Of a stretch of 64,000 nucleotides of DNA, positions 12,912-25,143 are shown piece after piece. Both the position numbers and the translations under genes were made by a program. How positions within the stretch are numbered: position 1 is the first letter of the stretch; each line of letters begins with the position of its first letter. The notes under the pieces are model-generated. The model made no database searches. It was not told the DNA's origin and worked only from the letters and a program-made list of their open reading frames with translations. The stretch covers positions 1,798,001-1,862,000 of the forward strand of contig CM039006.1 of NCBI GenBank assembly GCA_017499595.2. Reading direction: 5' to 3'. Source of the DNA: Psilocybe cubensis. Lineage: Eukaryota.

Positions 12912-15900
12912 TTAAACGCCTGTTCGACCAGCAGCCTTGATATTTCCGGCATTGGCCAATGTAGGCAAAGCCTTTTGGGGAGAGGGAAGAGAGGGAGAGG
13001 GAAGGAAGCCAGCACCGACCAGCCAAGCCAGATACAACCCCATAAGATCATCACCGACAGTGGCAGATAGCTGCGCGCCTCCCTGACGAAGAACGGCGAC
13101 GGTGTTGGAATCGTCCAACTCTGGCGATTTGGTGCTCGTCGGGAGATCATCGAGGACAAAGTGGAGGAGCGGGAAGAGCGCATTGTCTCCGACCTCCATG
13201 ACGTGCTGCTCGAGCTTGCGACGCCAAACGACGTATTCGCAAGATTCTGTCGGGAATCCGTACTGGACCAGTGATGACAGCATGCCGTTGAATGTAGGCA
13301 GTGGGCGCGCTGTGACATGACACACTGACAGAGGGGCGTCGGGTAAAGGTGAAACCGCTGCTAGCGAGGTAATGCGTGCGACATGGTCCACTGGAACCAT
13401 GTTGATGGAATTGTTAATGTCAGGAACGAGTCCCAGCTGGACACATCCCTTGACGAGACGCCAGATGAAGTCGTCCGTGTTAGTAACTGAATTTAAAGTG
13501 TTCATCAGGTGCATGCACTTCATTTAACGAAATCAATGGTTACACACCTGCTGTGTGCGAATCGCCGACCACGTATCCTGGACGGACGATGTGGCCCCTC
13601 AAACCACGTTTGCCAGCTTCAAAGAGCAACTTTTCAGACACCCATTTGCTCTGGCCGTAACCTGTCTTCAGAGCCGATTTCGCGCCTTCAAGGTCATCGC
13701 TCTCTGGAACACCTTTGGAGTCTGTCGACCCACGCGCCAAAGATTCGGACAGTTGAACGTAATGTTCTGTATCAATGGCAGAAGTCGACGAAACGAAGAC
13801 GAACACTTTTTGTTTTCCCGTAGATGCCAGATTGACGGCAGTGAGGGTACCGAGGACGTTTGGTGATCGGAGCTTTTCATATGGGAAGACCCAATGGACC
13901 TACAGATAGATTAAATGAACGATTAGAGGAAAAATAAGATTTCAGGACAAAAGACGATCGACTCACGAGAGCACCATTGTGTAATACGACATCCGCTTCG
14001 TTGGCGACGTTATTCCAAGTTTCCTGGCTTAGTCCAAAGTTATCCAATCCGAGATCGCCAGTTACTACCTCCAATCTCCCGCTGGAAACCCATGAATCTG
14101 ACCACACATTCCTGTCGGTCGAGCCTTCCTTCAGACGTTCGAGGCCTTGCTCGACAGTCTTGCCGCGAACCAAGCAGATGACCTTCTTTACTCTGTCCGT
14201 CCGCGAAAGGAGATCGTAGAGTACAAAGGCTCCCAGGAAGCCAGTAGCCCCGGTAAGGAATACAGTGATGGGATGATCGTTGAAATCCGCCGGCAGAGGA
14301 GCGTATGAGGGCTGGAGTTTTTCGATAAGGTTGAGATAATCCTGGCCATACTCGACATGCGGTGCAGCAGCAGCAACGCCTGCGTTCTTGACATCTGCCG
14401 AGGTAGTTGCGCCGGCCGACGCTGCTGAAGGCTCCTTGTACGCAAAACCAAGGTCGGCGTTGCGCAAAGCGTCCACAGCCTCGACCAGCCCAGCAATCGT
14501 TGGCTTCTCGAAGATGAGACCCAAAGGAGCGTTGACAACAAACACCTTGCGGATTTCGAAGATGAGTCTCGTAGCTAGGATCGAGTGGCCTCCGAGATCG
14601 AAGAAGCTTTCGTCGGTAGGTATGGGCTGGGGTGCGTTCGGCAGAATAGTCGACCAGATCTTCTGCATGGCGATCTCGGTGGCACTCGCTCCAGGTGCCG
14701 AAGGACCTGCAGCGTACGATGCTTGAGCAGTATCTGGGAAAGGAAGCGCTGGCTTGTCGATTTTGCCGTTAGGGTTCAGCGGCATTTTGCTCAAAGGTAC
14801 GAACACTAAAAAAGGATATGTTAGTATACAGAAGAGTGACGTTATCGAAAGAGAATGTGTACATACGTGACGGCACACTGTGCTTTGGAAGTTTCTGTTT
14901 GAGATGTTCGCGGATATCCTTGATCAGACGTCTGTATTTCTTCATTCCCTTGACCAGTCCCTTGCCATCATCTTCGTCGTCTGGAACGTTGCTAGCATAT
15001 CCCTCTAAAGCGGACCCTTCTAATGGAACGAAATAGCTGACGAGAATCTTCTCTTCGTCCTTGTCTCTGCGAACCAGAGTGACGTTCTCGCGGACGAGAG
15101 GGTGTTGGCTGAGATGGGTGTCGATCTCTCCGAGCTCTATACGGAATCCACGAATCTTAACCTGATCGTCGGCACGCCCTGAGCATTCAACAGTGCCATC
15201 GGGGAGATATCGACCCAGATCGCCAGAGCGATACATGCGATCCCGGATTCCCTTCCAGTACCGCGACTCCGGGCCAGCGAAGCCTTCTTCAGGATGCAGG
15301 ATCGTATCCTTGCGGGGAGGAGCATTGACAGCGAACCAGTTGTTGACAAACTTCTCGGCGCTAGCGTCCTGGTCTAGATAGCCTTCCGCGAGACCTCCTG
15401 AACGAACGTAGATTTCGCCGACCTCGCCCACAGCGCACGGCACGTTTCGATCGTTTCGGTTCACAACCAGGAGCTGCACGTCAATCATGCCCTCTCCAGC
15501 GGGCATGATGTCCTTTTGCGTTGCGAGGAACGTGGAGTCTTGAGATACAGGGGGAATGGCAAAGTAGGAGACGGCACGTTGAGTTTCTGTGGTGCCGTAC
15601 ATGTTAATGATACGGACGTTCGCGGCAAGAGCTTGTAAGCGCAAGCAGTCTCGCTTGGTCAGGACATCGCCGACAAAGAAAGCGTTGAGCAGGGTAGGAA
15701 TTTGGCGGGTTGCTTGTGCCGACAGTAATTGACCCATAGCTGGTGTCAAATGGGTAACCGTAACTTCACTTTCAGCCATCCATTCAGCCAGTCGTCCAGG
15801 GGTGCCGATATCATCCGCCGTTGGAACATGAAGTTGAGCTCCAAGGAAAAGAGGCGTGAACACTTGGAGAAGAATTGTCAGCTATGTATAACGATGATGA

Positions 15901-17516
15901 AAGTAGAAAACAAAACTGACTGTCTCTCTGAATGGGATCGTGAGCAATTCCACTTAGCATAGTAAACTTGGAGGTTTCGTCGAGACCAAATCGCTCGCTC
16001 ATCCATGGGAAAAAGTGAGTCAAACTGAAGTGTCTGCCCCGTACGCCTTTGGGAATTCCAGTGCTTCCACTAGTAAATGACAGGGTGCCGATGCTGTCAG
16101 GACCAAGGACGACATTAGGGTCGGTTTCACCGAGATGGTTATGAGCACGAAGAACATCTTCGCCAACAGGGTCCAATCCTCCAACGATATGACCATCGGG
16201 GAAAACTTCCAGGCCAGGAACTTCAACCTTGATTTTCAGTTCCTGTGCGAGGAACTCGCGTACTGTGGGTGAGATTGTCCCTGCACCCTTCAACATGATG
16301 AGACCTCGAGGTTTGGCCACTCCAAGGTATATAATTTGCCTAGACGGAGGATACGCAGGATCTGATCTGGCAGATGAGCGTTGTGTTATAACACACGGAT
16401 GAAGTGACACCGACCGACGACCGAGAATGTTGCTCCTGCCTTGAGTACTGCCATAACAGCGACAACAAGGTCGACGCTACGATGAGCATAAACCATGACC
16501 ACATCCTCCCTCTGAATACCATTCATGATCAAATGATGGGCGAGTACATTGGATGCACGCAAAATTGCACCGTAAGAGAAGATGACCTTGCCTTGAGGTT
16601 TGTCAGGGGATTCTGTTGGAAGGCTTTGAATAACACATGGGCGGTCAGGATTTTGACGAGCATTGCGAGAAAACACGTCGGTGATGGCACCCTTCCATCC
16701 ACACCAATTCAAATCACCAGTAGGATTGGGTAACACGGCTTTTTGGCTGGGTGTTAACAGAGGAACTGAGCCAACTGGTGAAAGAGGGGTCGCAGCAACC
16801 TTGCGCAAAAATACTGAGAGTTGGTCAAGGAACGACGTGATACGTGCCGACGTGAAAAGAAGCGAATTGTAGAGTACGCGGAGAGAGAGACGAGGAGCAA
16901 TCGATGCTCTTGTGGAGGCCGGAGGACGAGTAATGAAAACAGTTAAATCTGATGTGACACTGGTCGAGCCAATGAAGTTGTTAGTTGGTTCGTCGGTTTC
17001 GTCAAAGAAACGGACGCGGAACAGGGGTCGATCCAAGCTGTCCTCTTTTCCTTTGTTGAGGGCCTGTGTTATAACATCGTAAGGAAGAGCGTCGGCCTCT
17101 GCCTCTTTTTCTGTTTGCTGAACGTGTCTAACGACTGCCCAATACGGGTCTGCTGGATCAACAGATAATCTGAGAATTAGAGGTTCGCGCGCAGACGCCG
17201 ATGAGGAGCCAACGACAATGTCCGTGTCTCCTGTGTAACGGTGCAAAAGAACGATAAAAGCAGCCAATAAAAGATGGAACGCGGATGGTCTCTTGTGCGA
17301 TGACTCTACATCCTCCTCTTCTTCCTCATGATCTTCATCCTCCGAATACAAAGCAAGTTTGAGGAGACTGAGCGATGTCTGTTCGGATAATTGAGCAGTA
17401 TGAACTGATTCGATCAATTTGTTGGCCCCTGTGGGTCTTGGATAGTCGGTTGGAAGAGAAATTGAAGGGAGATTTTGGAGCCTCGATAGCACCCTTTCCA
17501 GGCGCTGATCAGCCAT
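12912..17516 (-). CDS. LYS2: L-2-aminoadipate reductase large subunit (NRPS-like ADA-A-T-R), 6 exons
   Basis: LPTDYPRP N-terminus. A-domain motifs [55 protein letters not shown] motif FFDLGGHS. Reductase motifs TGATGFLG and YGQSKWVSE. Confidence 0.97.
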
Positions 17517-18178
17517 GGTTGTGGCAAGAGTAGAGATTTTGAAATCGAGTCAGAATCGACCAGACGTTGTGCTCGCCAACTTTTTGTCCGACAATCAATC
17601 CGAAAGACCGAAACAGCGCTAGTATATCACGTCATGTGACCCTAATCTTATCAGTCCCAAAAAGGCAAGAAATATGATGCAGACCAAATCACCCATGGAT
17701 CCACCTCCTAGCTCAGTTTCTCCCAAGGATACAATACTCTGGCCATACGATCAAAGCGCACCAACTCAATCGTACCCTTTGCGGAATCAGGGCGGCACTT
17801 TGGATTCAATTCGGGTTCAAGTTCCAATTTCGAGTCGGCAATCCCCTTAGTCGGTGATCGCATCAAGTTAACCAGTCGGAATGGGCGTCATTGTAAATAC
17901 TTCAAGTTGTTCAGCTACACCAACGAAACTTTCTGTTTCTTTCGAGACAGATTTTAGGACATGCTCATACACAGAACCTTGTTCATTACGGCGCTGTTCA
18001 TGTCTTTCCCAAGGTGTAGACCCCTGTCGAAAATGTCATAAGACTTGTCCCATGACCAGCTTTAGTTTGGCTTTAGTCGTTTTGTTCTCAACGGACCGAA
18101 GGTCGCCGCATTTATCAACAAGGAAGTGCGATGTACTTGAACGATCGACGTTATCGTTAACCCCTACACTCAAAGACA

Positions 18179-19785
18179 ATGGCGACTATGGATGCCGTGT
18201 GTTATCATGCTGTAAGCCTTCGCTTTTCAACTTTGAAGCAATCCAATAGCTCATTTTGTCGAGCCCCGAAAAGCCCAGACAACTCGAGATAGTAACTGTC
18301 CCAATTCCTGAGATCAAGGAAGACCAGGTCCTTATCAAAGGTGCTTAGTACCCCTTCCATTCGAGATATCGTCTGACCAAAATTTAAATTCCAGTAACAC
18401 GATGTGGAATTTGTGGCACTGACCAGCACTTGGCAGAGGTCAGTGGATTTGTTGGCAAAGTCCTTCGCAATCGTCCCTAATACTTGTGTAAAAGGGAGAA
18501 TTCATCGGGAAATTTCCAGTGAGTTTATCGGATGGTGTTGGTGTTTTCATGGCTCAATCCACACTCAGCTCATTCCAGGACACGAAATCGTCGGCGTTAT
18601 TTCGCAAATCGGGGCTGCCGTTCACGGATTTTCAGTCGGCGATCGCTGCGTCGCGGATAACACAATACTTGTATGTAGTTCATATTCTTTTGAGTCACTG
18701 TTAACAATATCATGTTGCAGTGCGAAGCCTGCTTTTACTGTCGCCGCGGACAACATGTTCTATGCGAAAACTTCGAGAGTCTCGGCGTTACAATGGCGGG
18801 GGGCTTCGCAGGATATGTAGCCATGTAAGTCTCCGGTTCCTGTTCAAATCCCAGTGGCAGAAGTAAATCCTGATCTCTGAGGGATTTTCAGACAGAGCAA
18901 GAAAGTATATAAGATCAAGAATCTTACAGATGAAGAAGCAACCCTAGTGGAACCTGCTTCTTGTGCCATACACGGCTTGGACAAGCTTAACCCTGCTGTA
19001 GGAGTAGAAGCCTTGATTTTCGGTGCTGGTCCTACTGGTTAGCACATAATGTATTTCAATTGGGGCGTAATACCTCTTCTAATCCCCGATTTCTTAGGTA
19101 TCATTCTTGCCCAGCTCTTAAAGCTAAACGGTGCTTCAAAGGTTGTTATTGCCGCCAATAAAGGCATCAAAACCCAAATCGCACGCCAGCTTGAGGCCGG
19201 TGATGAGTATATCGAGCTCGACCGCAATGATCCAAGTTCTCAATGGAACAGAATGAAAGAAGAGTATAAACATGGTTTCGATGTCGTCGTAAGGCTTTTC
19301 CCCTAATTCCTTAATTTTCATTTTAATCACATGAACAAAAAGATCGAAGCGACGGGTTCGGAAATGGTGGCCAATCGTGCACTCGACTTTGTACGCAGAG
19401 GAGGCTCCCTCATGGTGTACGGTGTTTACTCAAACAGCGACCTTGTCCACTGGTCACCGGCTAAGATATTCCAAGACGAGATAAAAGTCTGTCTACCAAC
19501 TTGGTTCTCTACTCTGCACCATAATTGAACACCATCCAGATCATTGGTTCCTTTGCCCAAACACATTGCTTCCCTCGGGCCGTCGCATACTTGGACAGTG
19601 GCAAAATCAAGGTTAAAGGAATGGTGAGTATCTAAATTACGCGACAATCCACCATCCCTTTTCTGACAGCCCAGCGACCCTTGACAAATTCACAGGTTAC
19701 GGACGTTTTTTCGATCAAAGACTTTGATAAGGCGCTTGAGAAAATGAAGAGCAAGTCTGCCTGCAAAGTCGCATTGAAGCCGTGA
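18179..19785 (+). CDS. Zinc-dependent medium-chain dehydrogenase, probable D-arabinitol/polyol dehydrogenase, ~11 exons
   Basis: [13 protein letters not shown] (GHE motif), structural-Zn region [24 protein letters not shown], Rossmann [28 protein letters not shown] introns splice in frame. Confidence 0.88.
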
Positions 19786-20147
19786 TAGAAGCACTCGTTC
19801 GACAACTCTACCCATGTGAGTAATTATCTGATGGTGGTGTTGAAGCTTCTAGATACCTCCATCGTTTTCCGTACCCCATCCATGGGCTTTCCATCCATAT
19901 AAAAACATCTCAAAACCCGATGGAGACTTGATAGTCTCCTCGGACCATTTACTTCTGTCTGACATGCCGCCACAAAAGCATAAAATCTCATCGCGTTCTT
20001 ATTTCATAATGGGTCATACCCTGATTCCGCGTAAAAAGGTAGGTAAGCGGCACCCACCTTGGGGTCAATTTTAATGAACACGAACCGAAAAGAAGAAGTT
20101 ACAATAAGTGTCGAATTGAAAAAATGATAAACCAAAATTCAATTACA

Positions 20148-22682
20148 TCAGATACCACGGAAAGCGTTTTTGCTCCCGCTGCGAACCCCTTTTCTCCTCT
20201 GTGTCCTACCGTGTCTCTCCGAGTCGCCCATATCAACCTTCTCCTCGACACCACGTTCCAAACCAGCACCAAATGTCTCGACGCCCTTTCGTCGGACTTT
20301 GTCCTTGTTTGAACTTTTCCCTCCCTCCCCATCTCCACCATTTCTCCCACCAGATGATGATGAAGGAACCCAGCTTATCTCCATAGGAGCGTCGGCATCC
20401 ATGCGAGGCTTGCTTGGTCCGGTCTTTTTCGAAGGTAGTGGTGCTCGGCGCTGCCCAAATGTTGCATCTTTATCTCCCAGCTTTTGGGACTGTCCGCCGG
20501 TCTGCGGCACCATAGGTACCATGTTGACCTTTTTAAGTTGCTTCTTTTGCGCCCAGACTGCCCGATTACTGTCTCGTTCTCTCTGATAGGCTTCTTCCGC
20601 GCGTACATTTCTCTGTCCTGGGCGTGAACGAGGGTCGAACTTGGTAAGTTCTAAGTTGTGAAGACAATTAGCAACGGAGAATTCGATAAGGAAAAAAAGA
20701 ACGGGACTAACCGCCTTCAGCACTACTATCACTCGAGGCACCGTCGTCACTTTCCTCGTCACTCCCTTCAAGGTCATCGTCATCAGAGAATTTATCGCTT
20801 TCGTCTTCTTCATCTTCGACTGCGGTCTTTCCACGGCCAACAGAAGATGGATTGAGAAGAGCATACTCGCGCGAGTTCTCATCAATGGCAAACGCAGGAT
20901 CTTGGAAAACGCTCGCGAAACGAGGGTCTGACAGGATGGAGGGTCTAGATTCTTCCTGCTCTTCACCCGCTTCGTCGACATCCATCGCATCGGCTCCCGC
21001 CTTGCGTTTACTTTTGCGTTCAGCTCTAAGCTTGGCCTTTTCTTGGTCTCTGAGAACCTTCTCAGCCAGTGCTTTGTTAACCTTGACACCAGGGTCCTTC
21101 TTGGTACGAATGCGAGTCTCTGCCATTTTCTCCATCTTCTCGCGGACCAGCCTTTCACGATGTTCGTCGTAAGCAAAGGGATTTGCAATAAGACGAGCGG
21201 TTTCGTAAAGTTTGAGTGACAAGAAATAGCCATGCATGTAGGGTTTGAGAGCGGGTGTTCCCACAAGATGATCCAATCCAAGACTGCAGGAGGCTAGATG
21301 TCAGGGTGAAAGCGACGGTAAATGGAGATGGTGACCCACTTTTTGAGCTCGCTCCTTTCAACGAACTTGTAATCTTCGTAGACCGACCGTGTAGTCTGGT
21401 CTTCCATCTCTTCCGTGATGTTTTCGAGGAAACTTGCCCATTTTGGAGCAGGGCCAAGTTGGGGAATGTAATAAGTGGCCATCTGAATTCCTTCGTTGGC
21501 CGTCATGATAAGCCCACTTCCAGGAACATGATGTACATCGTTGAGGTCGGCAGCAGGTGTAACAGAAACAAAATTTGTAGCAGGCTGTGAAAAATTGTTC
21601 GTTGATAATACATGCAATAAAAATAAAGAGTGCGACGTACTGTGTTGCGATCCCAAATTTTAATAACCTTTTTGTCAGCACTGAGCACCATTCCGTCACC
21701 GGCCATTCGGCTGCCACCTTCAATCCATGAAACATTTTTGACGGGTAGACCATAACCTTGGTCTTTCAAGGCAAATGGTTTGGCGGCACGGATATCGTAT
21801 AGTAAAGTATGTCCTGTTGATGTACCAATAGCATACGACAGTCCATCGATGCGGGAAGCGATCGCCGTTACACTGAGAGCATCCTGAGTCGTTCCAACTG
21901 ATTGTAATCGTTCTCTGGGCAGTCGCAAAGTACCAACACGGGTTCTTGACCTTGGGTCCCAGAATTGTGTGGTCCCATTCCCATCGACACCAAATGCAAG
22001 AAGGTTATGTGCAGGGTTGATGTCAACAACGTTGATACCCAGTATATCTTCGTCTTCCTCTTCTTCTAGTACCAAAGGCGTCATGTATCGACCTTGGTCG
22101 AGATTTAGCCTGTAGACTTCGTTTCCTGACGCAGTGATATATGTGTCGCATGAAGAGAAATGGTAGGCCAACGAACGACCAAAACGGGGTATCCTCGTTC
22201 GGTAATGCATCCCACCTTGTGTATGTAACTCCACCGTCCTGTCATTTTGTAGGTGTATTGATTTTGTCCAGTCGTCAGACAGCGTCTAGCAGAGAAGAAG
22301 CATAATAAAAAGTTATTGTTGGCTTCAAGTTAGATACAACGATGGTGAACAACTCACGTACAACAAAATCAACATTCTCTGCGTCTGAATGTCGTTCAAA
22401 TTTCAGGGTAAGTTGGTCGAGATCCCAGACACGCATTTGTGGCTTGTATGTGCCAGTGGCGATGACATGATGGCCATCGCGGGTCGTTTTAATTCTGTTG
22501 CTGGCCTCTGGAAACTCGAATCCTTGGATGAGCTCGATTGTCCCTTCAATGTGCTCTCTCAATGCCCTCTTCCCTTTCTTTGCGGCACGCTTTCGGGTAA
22601 GCCAGTCCGGCAGAGACGAAGAAGAACCTGCTGTCGCTCCATTTACAGTATAGACCTTGACATTAGCTGCGTCTGAGGCCAT
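20148..22682 (-). CDS. ENP2: Ribosome biogenesis WD40 protein Enp2/NOL10 (NUC153 domain), 5 exons
   Basis: IELIQGFEFPEASNRI, ATGTYKPQ, LKFERH, YRTRIPRFGRSLAY, IPQLGPAPKWASFLENITEEME, YMHGYF, DPRFASVFQDPAFAIDE. Confidence 0.95.
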
Positions 22683-22801
22683 TCTTGGGACTTGGTGTGT
22701 TAAAGATGCAACTCCTTGAATGGAGCAAGGTGAATGAGTCTCTACGCCAAAAGATTCAGAATTATTTTTTGATAGTCATGTGACCCCACTATAATTAGAT
22801 A

Positions 22802-23344
22802 CACGGCGGGCAAAAGTGCTGACTAGTCAGCCTGGGAGTTGGTCTGACCAGTCACGTGACCAGTATGCTGACTAGTCACCTGACTAGTCATGTAGCTGTC
22901 ACGCATTTATTGTCACGCTGCTAAGTTTCTGTAATTCCGCTCATTGATTGTAGAACAGAGGATTTCTTTTCTATGCCACAGACTTACACAGGGCGGGCGT
23001 CGTGTACCTTCTAAACAACGTCGGGTGACCGTGCACAAGTACTCTGAAAGCGTGATTAGTTATTCATTTGTTTGAATAATGACCAAATTACAACCAAACA
23101 CAAGAAATATCCAATTCCGAGTCATTCATTGCTTTTCCTCAGTGACAGTGCTTCGGAAGACAATGGTTTATTCCCATTTAATCTTATGTTACTGAACTCA
23201 TTTACCAATACTAACCAGCGTGACAACATTTGTGTGACCTCTCCAGACTGGTCAGTTGATTCGTCACGGAACGCGTCACGATATGGTCACGTGACTGGTC
23301 AGACCAACTCCCAGGCTGACTAGTCAGCACTTTTGCCCGCCGTG
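22802..23344. mobile_element. Non-autonomous DNA transposon (MITE), 543 bp, CAC...GTG termini, 61-bp perfect TIRs, 3-bp ATA target-site duplication (CMC/CACTA-like)
   Basis: 22802-22862 is the exact reverse complement of 23284-23344. ATA flanks both ends (22799-22801, 23345-23347). AT-rich non-coding interior. Confidence 0.92.
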
Positions 23345-23879
23345 ATAGGACTTCTGGCACTCTGTTTCCGCAAGTCGTATAGGTTCGATCAAGGGATTCC
23401 TCGTTTCCTTGCTAGAAAACAAGAACAGCGCAAAAGTAAACTATGAAAGTCTTCTATCAAGTTGCATTTGGAAGACCGCAGCCAGTAATCTGGAGAAGGG
23501 AATGGTTTAACAAGTTCCATGAACCCGAACAGCAAGATTAGATTACAGCTTTTTCGCGGTCGTCGGGAACGCGGAGGTAGGAAATCCCTTGCGCTCCTTT
23601 GTAAAAGCCTATCACTTGAGATTCACGCGTACTTCGTGCGTATAGTTTGAGCCGGTGCTTACAACTGAATACTTAACAATCCGATCATACCTCCGCAGAT
23701 GACAACCGGTCCACAACATATTTAACTTTTGGATGGAGGAGATAGGGTAAATTACAAGGGTGTGCGAAGCGTGATGTTCAAGTCCCACACCAAGCGATAC
23801 TCCTCCATGATCAAATCCAGACGCGGAAATGAGTTCAGGAGCCTGTACAAATCCATGGGTAATAATGCAAACCCAACGT

Positions 23880-25143
23880 TTAATATGTCTTCTTTTTCTC
23901 GTCCACGGAGAGACCACCTAGGTAGCATTTCAGATATTAATGCTATCGCACAAGTAAAAGCTACGCACCAGGCCCCATGTTGACCAAAAGGATGAGACCA
24001 CCCACAATTGCTGCAGAAATAGTCGAATTAGAATGACAACATGTCAAAGAATATAAATAGAAGAAGAAAAAGACGAACAGAGTGTCTGGAAGAAGTCGTA
24101 TCTAAAAAAGTCAGGTTAGTATGTGTGAAATGTTTAATAATATAAGTGACATACTTCAAGAAATCGCGTTGTGGGTGAGCAGAGTGCACACTCCACCAAT
24201 TGTTGGCGAAGACATTGAAGATACTGAGGACGATAACGAGGAAAGCCGCCGACCACTTGGCCTTGAATCCAACAGCAACCATGACACAGGCGCCGAGCCC
24301 AATAATGGAAACAAAGACACGGACAATACTCCATGTACCCTGGATCATGAAACCAAGGAAGAGGAAGATAAGAAGAACACGGCCAGCAAGAAGGAAGCTG
24401 CAGCACAGATTAAATCAATTACATGGTTAAGTTAAATGAGATCTCTTACTATTTCTTTCGGTCAGTTTCGCTGATACTTGGAAGGCCAGCGAATACGCTT
24501 TTTCTAGACACCATCGAATCACTGAAGACCATGAATAATCCACCAATGACACTAAGATTACGCAGGAAGAAGTTGAGGTCAAAAATTAATCCGTATCCAA
24601 ACCCTTGAATAATAACAACAGCTAAAAGACCAGCAACAGCGTGTTCGGTGTTTTTCTTGAGAATGACCGCGGTGGACCCGACAAGCATAGTCTGTTTGGT
24701 TCGATATGTTAAGAATGTTCAAAATATCATGTTGAGTGATTGAAACATACAATAACATTGACAATAAGGAAAGTATGAGAGAGTCCCCAGGGGAAATGAC
24801 GGTGTCTGTAGATAGTGAGCGTCGCGCTGGCAGGGTATGCACAGGATCATACGCACTGTTGCAAGTACCAGATCTGGTCGCCCCATTGTGTAACAATGCG
24901 CAGTGCGTCCTCCAGGAAAGTCACCACAATCAGGAAACGACCAATTGCCGGCAAATGGGGTTTCAAAGGCTGAGAGTAGATTTCAACATTATCCTCTACG
25001 GTTTTGGCAAACGCTTTGATCTTCTCGAGCGGGTCATCAGGATCCGCGGCTCTGTATCCGGAAGACGGACGAGAATTAGAAAGACCGTGTGGGTCGACGC
25101 TGTAGTTGGTCTGTGGGCGAGCAATGTTAATTCTCGACGACAT
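23880..25143 (-). CDS. ERV29: SURF4/Erv29 ER cargo receptor
   Basis: LKPHLPAIGRFLIVVTFLEDALRI, FFLRNLSVIGGL, RDFLKYDFFQTLSIVGGL, GPGGLSVDEKKKTY* (C-terminal dilysine ER-retrieval signal). Confidence 0.96.

Noticed and set aside
17705-17830. TAGCTCAGT and GGTTCAAGT resembling tRNA A and B boxes
   Set aside because: No cloverleaf stems or anticodon arm can be formed.
12912-19785. NRPS-like gene next to a dehydrogenase suggesting a secondary-metabolite cluster
   Set aside because: The domain content is that of primary-metabolism Lys2, and the neighbours are housekeeping genes.
22802-22900. Palindromic short repeats that could be mistaken for a CRISPR-like array
   Set aside because: No repeat-spacer periodicity; eukaryotic DNA, and the repeats are explained by the MITE TIR and subterminal structure.
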